This document shows, in pieces, positions 25,455 through 32,000 of a stretch of DNA of 32,000 nt (position 1 is the stretch's first letter; each line of letters begins with the position of its first letter). Source of the DNA: Candidatus Nitrosotenuis uzonensis (lineage in GTDB: Archaea; Thermoproteota; Nitrososphaeria; Nitrososphaerales; Nitrosopumilaceae). The notes under the pieces are model-generated. The model made no database searches. It saw nothing but the letters and a program-made list of their open reading frames with translations, and was not told the DNA's origin. Location: the NCBI RefSeq assembly GCF_000723185.1, contig NZ_CBTY010000011.1, positions 7,403 to 39,402 on the forward strand, read 5' to 3'. A program made the translations under genes and the position numbers.

Positions 25455-27314
25455 TTAGCTTGCTCCAGAGCCCTGAGATTTTTGCTCTGATGGGCCGCCC
25501 TGCTCTGATGCCTGGCCAGCCTGTTCTGGGCCGCCCTGAGGCTGCTCCTGGTTTGGCGGCGGCATATTCTTGTAAAGCTCAGTTGTAATCTGGTTGACCA
25601 GAGTCTTGAGCGCATCCAGTTTTTGTTTTAGCACATCTGGCTCTTTGTCAAGCACTTCTTTTACTTCCTTGATCGCCTCTGATATCTTGATGCCTTGTTC
25701 CTGTGTTACCTTGTCCTTGAGGTCTTGTGTGATCAGTTTTTCTGCAGTGTAGACAAAGCTTTCTGCTTCGTTTCTCAGATCTACTGCCTCTTTTTTCTTC
25801 TTGTCCTCCTCTGCAAACTTTTCTGCATCCTGCCTGAGCTTCTCAATCTCATCCTTTGATAGCTTGGAGCCTGCCTGTATTGTGATCTTGGCCTCTTTTT
25901 TGGTTCCAAGATCCTTTGCAGTTACGTTCAGGATGCCGTTTGCATCGATGTCAAATTTTACCTCGATTTGTGGCACGCCCCTTGGCGCTGGCGGTATGCC
26001 AGTAAGGTTAAAGCTTCCAAGTGATACGTTATCAGCTGCCATGGGCCTCTCGCCCTGCACCACATGTATGGTAACCGCAGTCTGGTTATCTGCCGCAGTA
26101 GTGAACACCTTGGTTTTCGATGTCGGAATTGTAGTATTTCTCTCAATTATCGGCTCACGCAGACCCCCGAGCGTCTCAACGCCGAGAGTAAGCGGTGTAA
26201 CATCAAGTAATACGATATCGCTTGTCACATCGCCAGCAATTATTCCGGCCTGGATTGCAGCTCCCATTGCAACTGCTTCCATTGGGTCTACGCCGGATTC
26301 CGGATTCTTGCCAATTACATCACCGACAAATTTTTTGACAAGCGGGATTCTGGTTGGGCCTCCCACCAGAACTATTTTTGAGACATCGGATGCGGAAAGT
26401 TTTGCATCTCGTAGGGCGTTGTCAATTGATGTTCTGCATCTTTCAACTATCGGTCGTATTAGCTCTTCAAACTTTGCACGGGTGAGCTTTATCTCAAGAT
26501 TCTTTGGCCCCGAAGAAGGATCATATGATATGAATGGAAGGTTGATATCAGTTTCCATGACAGTTGAAAGCTCTATCTTTGCCTTCTCTGCTGCCTCCCT
26601 AACTCTTGTCATGGCAGTGCTGTCTTTGGTAAGATCAATTCCCGTGGTCTTTCTGAATTCGTTGACGACATAGTCAATGAGAGTTTTGTCCATGTCTGTG
26701 CCACCAAGCTGGGTATCGCCAGAAGTGCTGAGAACCTCAAATACTCCTCCTCCCATCTCCATTATTGTGACATCAAGTGTTCCACCACCAAGATCGAACA
26801 CCAGAATTTTCATGTCTTGACCTGCCTTGTCAAGGCCAAATGCAAGTGAGGCTGCAGTCGGTTCGTTGATTATTCTTACCACGTCAAGGCCAGCAATTGT
26901 TCCGGCATCTTTTGTTGCCTGCCTTTGGTTGTCATCAAAGTATGCAGGTACTGTGATTACTGCCTTGTCCACCTTTTCACCAAGAAACGCCTCTGCATCC
27001 TTTTTGATTTTTTGAAGTATGAATGCTGAGATCTGTTGCGGCTTGTACTCTTTGCCCTGGATTTTGTAAGTATAATCAGTTCCCATCTTTCTTTTAGCTG
27101 CCACTATGGTGTTATCTGGATTGGTCACAGCCTGCCTTCTTGCCGGCTCACCTACTAGCAGCTGGCCGTCTTTTGTGAAAGCTACAACTGATGGAAATGC
27201 CTTCCCGCCAATTGATGTACCCTCGGCTGCCGGGATGAGCGCAGGCTTGCCGCCCATCATCACTGCCGCAGCAGAGTTGCTTGTTCCCAGATCAATTCCT
27301 ATTATTTTTGCCAT
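25455..27314 (-). CDS. dnaK: Chaperone DnaK (Hsp70)
   Basis: 619 aa with [23 protein letters not shown] and [10 protein letters not shown] signatures. Confidence 0.97.
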   Translation of the reverse strand: MAKIIGIDLGTSNSAAAVMMGGKPALIPAAEGTSIGGKAFPSVVAFTKDGQLLVGEPARRQAVTNPDNTIVAAKRKMGTDYTYKIQGKEYKPQQISAFILQKIKKDAEAFLGEKVDKAVITVPAYFDDNQRQATKDAGTIAGLDVVRIINEPTAASLAFGLDKAGQDMKILVFDLGGGTLDVTIMEMGGGVFEVLSTSGDTQLGGTDMDKTLIDYVVNEFRKTTGIDLTKDSTAMTRVREAAEKAKIELSTVMETDINLPFISYDPSSGPKNLEIKLTRAKFEELIRPIVERCRTSIDNALRDAKLSASDVSKIVLVGGPTRIPLVKKFVGDVIGKNPESGVDPMEAVAMGAAIQAGIIAGDVTSDIVLLDVTPLTLGVETLGGLREPIIERNTTIPTSKTKVFTTAADNQTAVTIHVVQGERPMAADNVSLGSFNLTGIPPAPRGVPQIEVKFDIDANGILNVTAKDLGTKKEAKITIQAGSKLSKDEIEKLRQDAEKFAEEDKKKKEAVDLRNEAESFVYTAEKLITQDLKDKVTQEQGIKISEAIKEVKEVLDKEPDVLKQKLDALKTLVNQITTELYKNMPPPNQEQPQGGPEQAGQASEQGGPSEQKSQGSGAS

Positions 27315-27329
27315 TTTTTATCACTTAGA

Positions 27330-27869
27330 TTATTTTGATTGTGGTTTTTTTGATATTTCCACTAATGTCGGTCTTAAAGTCTTTTTATGAGAAATATATC
27401 CTTTCCTGATTTCCTTTGTTATTGTGTTCTCATCAAGATTGGCATCCTCAATTACCGCTATTGCCTCATGCAAGTTTGGATCAAATATTTCGCCCAGCGC
27501 GTCGATCGGGAACACCTCATATTCTGCAAGCAGCGACTCGGTATTCTTGAGAATTGAATCAAGTCCCTGAGCGTTCGGGTTTTCTTTCTTGAGTATTTCT
27601 TTTGCACGTACCAGATCATCGTAGATGGTCAAAAAGCTGAGCAAGAATTTATCGAGCTTGGCGTTTATACCGCTCTCTATGTCAGCTCGGGTCTTTTTTT
27701 CCAAGTTCTGAAAATCAGCAAGTGATCTCTTTAGTTTGTCCTGACATGTAGCAAGCTGCTGTTCCAGCTCGCTTATTTTCTGATTCAGTTGAATATCATC
27801 GTCCTGCGAAGTCGGCGGTTCATCCCCCCCTTCAACCGGCACTTCTTTTTTTATCTCAGGCTCTTCCAA
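27330..27869 (-). CDS. grpE: Nucleotide exchange factor GrpE
   Basis: 179 aa with a coiled-coil N-region, LADFQNLEKKTRADIE and a C-terminal beta domain (FDPNLHEAIAV). The start is TTG 27869 with no in-frame ATG. The in-frame GTG at 27842 is an alternative. Confidence 0.9.
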   Translation of the reverse strand: MEEPEIKKEVPVEGGDEPPTSQDDDIQLNQKISELEQQLATCQDKLKRSLADFQNLEKKTRADIESGINAKLDKFLLSFLTIYDDLVRAKEILKKENPNAQGLDSILKNTESLLAEYEVFPIDALGEIFDPNLHEAIAVIEDANLDENTITKEIRKGYISHKKTLRPTLVEISKKPQSK

Positions 27870-27897
27870 ATCAAGATTAATTTTTAGAGTTCTAGTT

Positions 27898-29040
27898 TTA
27901 TTCTTTGTGCGAGATTTCGCAAAGGGGGTTAGCCTTGATCACTATGAGGTCATTGTCCTGCTTTTTTCTGAGATTCTCATAATCGTATTTTGAGCAAATT
28001 ACAAGTATGGTAGTTTTGTCGTTATGGAACAGATCCAGATTCGGATCCCCGTATGCTTCTACGTCACCGATATAGTCACGCAATTTTACTATCAGATTCT
28101 GCAGCATCTCGATTTTATCGCCACGCATTTCGTGTTGGTCAAGCGACCATGAAAGTGCAATCTTTGTTCTGCTTGCCTTCAGATCGTTTTTTTTCAGAGT
28201 TGCCCTAATCTCGTCGATAAGTCTTTTTATGTATCCGTCAATTCCTTTCAGACTTCCGTTGATAATGTACATCAGCGTGTTGGCTCCTTCAAATGATGTT
28301 CCAAGGGAGCGGAGATCGTACAGACCGTTTACCATATCATCTAAGAATATGTTTTGGAACTCGTCTGACTGCAGGTCGGTCTTTGAGTTTTCGTCTTGGG
28401 CAAACTTGCATACTTCTACTATGCTGCAAAGCGAGGAGAATCTGGAAAGCACGTTTATTGCATGAAAGTGTTCTGCAGAAGGGATCCCCACAAATGAAAT
28501 TTCTTTTTTTCCTGTAGACAGCAGGCTTGCAAGTGTGGCATCCTGTTTGCCGTTGTAAGAGCCTACAACTTTTGGTGGCTGGTTTCCGCCTCCAAGAGGA
28601 TAGTAATAGTAATTGATAGATTTTCCCACCTCGTGTCCTGTGACGTGCTCCAAAAGCGAGATGTTCTCAGAATTTCCGCCGATTCCAGTCGGAAGTGTGT
28701 AAATCACGGAACTGCCTTTTTTCAATGAGGATGTAGCATCTTTGAATTTAGAGTGTACCTCCGTCTTTGTCTCCTGGCCAATCTTTCTTATGCGTGGCGC
28801 AAAAAACAGGTACTGCGATTTTGATATTGCCACATCGATTGGCTCCATTGCCAGAAGCGGCTCATCCTCCTTTAGCGATGAGACGTTTGGATACGTCTTG
28901 GCGATCTCTGCCTTCAAAGATATTGCAGATTGCGACGATTCGTCGATTATGAACACGTTGCTGCCTTTTATTGCCATCTGACAGGCAATTGCATATCCTT
29001 CCGTGCTCAACCCATAAACAACAACCCTATCTGATGCCAA
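27898..29040 (-). CDS. Divergent UDP-glucose/GDP-mannose-dehydrogenase-like protein with degenerate cofactor and catalytic motifs (predicted pseudoenzyme)
   Basis: 380 aa with a TTG start. It is collinear by eye with the WecC-like enzyme at 895..2244 across the N-terminal, central-helix and C-terminal domains. However, GxGxxG is GLSTEG and there is no equivalent of GGPCLPKD. That it is coding is fairly secure. The family call is about 0.5. Confidence 0.65.
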   Translation of the reverse strand: MASDRVVVYGLSTEGYAIACQMAIKGSNVFIIDESSQSAISLKAEIAKTYPNVSSLKEDEPLLAMEPIDVAISKSQYLFFAPRIRKIGQETKTEVHSKFKDATSSLKKGSSVIYTLPTGIGGNSENISLLEHVTGHEVGKSINYYYYPLGGGNQPPKVVGSYNGKQDATLASLLSTGKKEISFVGIPSAEHFHAINVLSRFSSLCSIVEVCKFAQDENSKTDLQSDEFQNIFLDDMVNGLYDLRSLGTSFEGANTLMYIINGSLKGIDGYIKRLIDEIRATLKKNDLKASRTKIALSWSLDQHEMRGDKIEMLQNLIVKLRDYIGDVEAYGDPNLDLFHNDKTTILVICSKYDYENLRKKQDNDLIVIKANPLCEISHKE

Positions 29041-29106
29041 TTCATTGGTGCTAAGTATAAGGACTAAGAAAAACTTATTGTATCATTGTATCACAGTGCA
29101 CCTATC

Positions 29107-30129
29107 TTGAGGATCTGGTTTGACATTCTTACACCAAAACAAGTCTTGTTTTTTGAACCAATGATCAAACGATTGCAGAAAAACAACAGGATTCTTTGCA
29201 CATCAAGAAACTATCGCGAAGTGGTAGCACTTGCAAGATTGAAGGGAATGAAAATGGAATTTGTCGGAAGGCATGGCGGCGCAGACAAGGCAACAAAGCT
29301 TACTGCCAGTCTAAATCGCATGATCACTCTTGCAGAAAGGATACAGCGCTTTGGGCCCGACCTAACAATCAGCTTTTGCTCACCTGAGGCATCAAGAATA
29401 TCCTACGGGCTTGGAATCAGGCATGTTGCATTCTGTGATTCTCCGCATGCCGAAGCCGTAATGCGCCTATCTGTGCCGCTTGTGCAAAAACTGCTCATAC
29501 CATGGATAATCCCAAAAGAAGAGTTTGTCAGATTTGGCATTGCCAAAAAGGACATAATCCCGTACAAGGCAATCGATGCTGCCGTCATTGTAAGAAACGC
29601 CAAGAAGAGCAGATATCGTGGCAAGCGCAAGAAAGCCATTCTGATAAGAATAGAAGAGGAGCAGGCAGCGTATGCAAAATCAGATTACAAAAAAATATCT
29701 GATATCATAAACAGAATTGCAAACGAGTTTACAGATGAAGATGTGGTTGTGCTTCCAAGATATAAACAGCAAGTCAGCGTTCTAAAAAGAGAGTTTGGAA
29801 GTAAGATAAAGATTTTAGATAAAGTAACTATAGGAAGCGATCTTTTGCAGAACACCGACGTTTTCGTAGGCTCTGGCGGCACCATGACTGCAGAGGCCGC
29901 GCTGTTTGGGATACATACAATATCATACAATGCAGTACCAAATCTGGTGCTAAACTACCTTGTCAGAAAAAAACTTGTGCATCTGCAGCCAGACCCAGCC
30001 AAGATCACAAATTTGGTGGCAAGACTTTTGCATTCAGATAAGGATACAGTGCGAGCACGCGCAAAAAACACTCTAATGTCCATGGAAGATCCTATAGAGA
30101 AGCTCAACGGCATAATCAAATCAAAGTAA
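29107..30129 (+). CDS. DUF354-family protein (GT-B / 2-epimerase-like fold, function unknown)
   Basis: (L)RIWFDILTPKQVLFFEPMIKRLQ..GRHGGADKATKL..SPEASRISYGLGIRHVAFCDSPHAE matches my recollection of archaeal DUF354 proteins, which begin MKIWIDI. I favour TTG 29107. The track start at TTG 29086 is the alternative. Confidence 0.7.
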   Translation: MRIWFDILTPKQVLFFEPMIKRLQKNNRILCTSRNYREVVALARLKGMKMEFVGRHGGADKATKLTASLNRMITLAERIQRFGPDLTISFCSPEASRISYGLGIRHVAFCDSPHAEAVMRLSVPLVQKLLIPWIIPKEEFVRFGIAKKDIIPYKAIDAAVIVRNAKKSRYRGKRKKAILIRIEEEQAAYAKSDYKKISDIINRIANEFTDEDVVVLPRYKQQVSVLKREFGSKIKILDKVTIGSDLLQNTDVFVGSGGTMTAEAALFGIHTISYNAVPNLVLNYLVRKKLVHLQPDPAKITNLVARLLHSDKDTVRARAKNTLMSMEDPIEKLNGIIKSK

Positions 30130-30189
30130 CTGTTCGCGCACGCCATAGAAAATATCAATAATAGGAGTTTTTGAAGGTGGATAACGGGA

Positions 30190-30262
30190 AGCCCGGTAGT
30201 GTAGAGGTCAAGCATAGGGGCCTTTGGAGCCCTTGACCCCAGTTCGAATCTGGGCCGGGCTA
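30190..30262 (+). tRNA. tRNA-Gln(UUG): tRNA-Gln, anticodon UUG, no encoded CCA
   Basis: Folded by hand: acceptor AGCCCGG/CCGGGCU, D-arm GUGU-AGAGGUCAA-GCAU, anticodon arm GGGGC-CUUUGGA-GCCCU, T-arm CCCAG-UUCGAAU-CUGGG and discriminator A. A/T box aaaatatcaataata lies about 25-40 nt upstream. Confidence 0.9.
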
Positions 30263-30269
30263 CTTGTTC

Positions 30270-31031
30270 TTACAAATCTAGTCTGGTCAACAGCTTGATT
30301 GCAACTATGAATAAAATTGCGGCGGCGCTAACAAGTACTGCCATTTCCATCATGACAAATTCCGTAAAGTGGCCAAATATTCCGGCGCGTATTATATCAA
30401 CAAGATATGTGAGTGGATTAAGATAAAATCCGGTCGCAAGCGGCTCTGGCGCACCTTCAGCAGGATAAAATGCAGTACTGACAAACGCAAAGAAAAGGAA
30501 TACTGTGTTAATTATCACGTTGAATCCCTCGCTTGATCTAAGGCGTGTTGAGATTATCGATGCTATCGAGCCAAACAGTATCGAGCCAACTATTGATGCA
30601 AACACCAGAAACGGTATTGTAAGAAGGTTGAACTGGGCTGATGTGAAAAATAGTGGGAACCCGATTGCAGTGATAAGAGCTGCGCTGATAAGCCCGACAA
30701 TTCCTATCGTATACACGTTGCTCAGAATATAGTTGCGGCGCGTAAATGGCCCCACCAGAATCTGCTCGAACATGCCATGTCGCCTGTCGTTCCAGATTAT
30801 TATGCCAGATACCAGCGTGCTGTTCATTATGTTAAATCCTATCATGCCAGATGCGATAAATGCAGGATAGTCTAGCACAACACCGCCAAACGATACAGAG
30901 TCTATCAGTGCTGTATATGCGAATCCGGCAACGAAAATGTAGACAATGGGAAATAACACCTGCCAAACAAGAAATCCAGGGTTGAGCGAGATCGTCAAGT
31001 TCCTGTTTACTAGCCTAAGAGTCGGATGCAT
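30270..31031 (-). CDS. ABC-2 type transporter permease
   Basis: 253 aa with about six hydrophobic helices. It overlaps the upstream ABC ATPase gene by 17 nt. Confidence 0.8.
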   Translation of the reverse strand: MHPTLRLVNRNLTISLNPGFLVWQVLFPIVYIFVAGFAYTALIDSVSFGGVVLDYPAFIASGMIGFNIMNSTLVSGIIIWNDRRHGMFEQILVGPFTRRNYILSNVYTIGIVGLISAALITAIGFPLFFTSAQFNLLTIPFLVFASIVGSILFGSIASIISTRLRSSEGFNVIINTVFLFFAFVSTAFYPAEGAPEPLATGFYLNPLTYLVDIIRAGIFGHFTEFVMMEMAVLVSAAAILFIVAIKLLTRLDL

Positions 31032-31950
31032 GTGTATCTACCATCTTTAGGAATATCTCTTCAAGCGTAGTCGGCATTGCGGAAAGATCTTCAACTGTAA
31101 TGTTGTTCTCAATTAGTATTTGCAAGATCTGCGATAGTACCAGCTCTGACTTTGAGGATTGGATTATTATATCAGTTCCCGTGTCAAAGCGGATAGTGCA
31201 GTCAGGTATGCCATGTACGAGGTCTGCCAGCTCATGGTGCCTCTCAGAGAGGCGTATTTTGATGGTTTTCTGCTGCCCGAATGTGTTCTTTAGTTGCTCT
31301 GGAGTATCGACAGCCAGTATCCTGCCCCTGTTTAAAACGGCAATCTCATCGCATAGATATTCTGCCTCGGTAAGCACGTGTGTAGTGTAAAATATCGTCA
31401 GTCCTGTCTTTGCCTTGTTTTTTAAAAAATCAAGCAGTCTCCTTCTTGCGCTAGGATCAAGTCCGACTGTGGGCTCATCCAAGAATAACAAATCCATATC
31501 ATGCATAAATTCGCGCGCTACCTGGACTCTGCGCCTTTGCCCTATTGAAAGATCCTCGTTTTTGCGCTTTCGTATCTCTCCTAGGTCAAATACATCTATT
31601 AGCTCTTCTGTCCTGTCAATGCGTGTTTTTCTTTCTACATTCCACATCATACCATATTTTTCAAGTGATTTTTCCACAGAAAGGTTTGGCTCGTAGCTTG
31701 GCTGCTGCAGCACAACACCGATTCTTTTGCGCACTTCAAGCGGATGCTTGACTGCATTTATCCCAAGAATCTCGATGTTACCGCTTGTGGGAGGAACCAA
31801 TGTTGTGAGCAGCTTGATCGTAGTTGATTTGCCAGCGCCGTTTGGACCCAAAAACCCAAAAACGCTCCCGGATCGGACGTCAAGATCTATTCCATCCACT
31901 GCGATCACGCCGTCATATGACTTTGCCAGTGATCTTGCAATTACAGACAT
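31015..31950 (-). CDS. ABC transporter ATP-binding protein (ABC-2 / DrrA-CcmA-like exporter subfamily)
   Basis: 311 aa with Walker A GPNGAGKST, signature LSIGQRRRV, Walker B LLFLDEPT and H-loop TTHVL. A/T box tctaaattaga about 25 nt upstream. Confidence 0.9.
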   Translation of the reverse strand: MSVIARSLAKSYDGVIAVDGIDLDVRSGSVFGFLGPNGAGKSTTIKLLTTLVPPTSGNIEILGINAVKHPLEVRKRIGVVLQQPSYEPNLSVEKSLEKYGMMWNVERKTRIDRTEELIDVFDLGEIRKRKNEDLSIGQRRRVQVAREFMHDMDLLFLDEPTVGLDPSARRRLLDFLKNKAKTGLTIFYTTHVLTEAEYLCDEIAVLNRGRILAVDTPEQLKNTFGQQKTIKIRLSERHHELADLVHGIPDCTIRFDTGTDIIIQSSKSELVLSQILQILIENNITVEDLSAMPTTLEEIFLKMVDTHASDS

Positions 31951-32000
31951 GGTTTGGATAGTTTATTCCTCTAATTTAGACGATCAACTGAAGATTTTTT

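Noticed and set aside
25801-26673. Long antisense ORF (290 aa, +) inside dnaK. Similar antisense ORFs lie inside gatE (22095..22697), gatD (20793..21380), pelota (12549..13016), cdc48 (18944..19300, 19484..19912) and the radical SAM gene (7551..8373).
   Set aside because: Each lies opposite a strongly conserved, motif-verified gene. Their translations are low-complexity Ser/Pro/Ala/Leu-rich strings with no motifs, as is typical of shadow ORFs.
24000-30262. Genomic-island hypothesis: the horizontally derived hsp70 locus is bracketed by tRNA-Leu and tRNA-Gln.
   Set aside because: Both tRNA 3' ends, the usual integration targets, point away from the enclosed region. I found no duplicated tRNA 3' fragment or direct repeat, and no integrase. 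The bracketing is probably coincidental.
20467-30262. Possible functional clustering of gatD-gatE with their substrate tRNA-Gln(UUG).
   Set aside because: The genes are about 6.5 kb apart, separated by unrelated operons and on independent promoters. There is no evidence of linkage beyond co-occurrence in the window.
1-32000. CRISPR arrays, transposases/IS elements, integrases, rRNA genes and large tandem repeats.
   Set aside because: None were found by reading intergenic regions on both strands. All intergenic gaps are 250 nt or shorter and lack regularly spaced repeats.

Overview
Densely coding archaeal chromosome segment. Archaeal markers are GatD/GatE, Pelota, CDC48, archaeal-type uL2, a 7S SRP RNA, a TrmB regulator and tRNAs without encoded CCA. 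My impression from the protein sequences is a Nitrososphaerota (Thaumarchaeota)-like genome, but I cannot confirm that without a database search. Contents from left to right: (1) a nucleotide-sugar and glycan locus (1-6634) with an SDR epimerase/dehydratase, WecC-like dehydrogenase, an unassigned toroid-repeat protein, WecB, a GT4 glycosyltransferase and a GalE-like epimerase. (2) An accessory-looking block (6804-11494) in which two VapBC toxin-antitoxin pairs bracket a large radical-SAM enzyme (probable tetraether-lipid synthase homologue). That enzyme is divergently paired with a translationally overlapping TrmB + DtxR/MntR regulator operon, and an untracked Cys-rich mini-ORF follows. (3) Housekeeping genes: YjbQ, a hypothetical protein, Pelota, CutA, an orphan VapB-like mini-ORF, an M50/PDZ site-2 protease, a PP-loop tRNA thiolase, SRP RNA, acylphosphatase, a solitary uL2, CDC48 and GatDE. 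(4) A small basic repeat protein and tRNA-Leu(CAG). (5) A bacterial-type grpE-dnaK-dnaJ operon headed by a degenerate nucleotide-sugar-dehydrogenase-like protein, with a divergent DUF354 gene. (6) tRNA-Gln(UUG) and an ABC-2 exporter pair. I saw no CRISPR array, transposase or integrase. Most genes have an A/T-rich TATA-like box about 25-30 nt upstream of the start codon with no Shine-Dalgarno sequence, and several use GTG or TTG starts. The candidates I consider most worth follow-up are the pseudo-dehydrogenase at the head of the hsp70 operon, the radical-SAM/TrmB/DtxR module, the SGRGTGxRKL repeat miniprotein and the untracked small ORFs. All family assignments come from reading motifs by eye. 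No searches were run.
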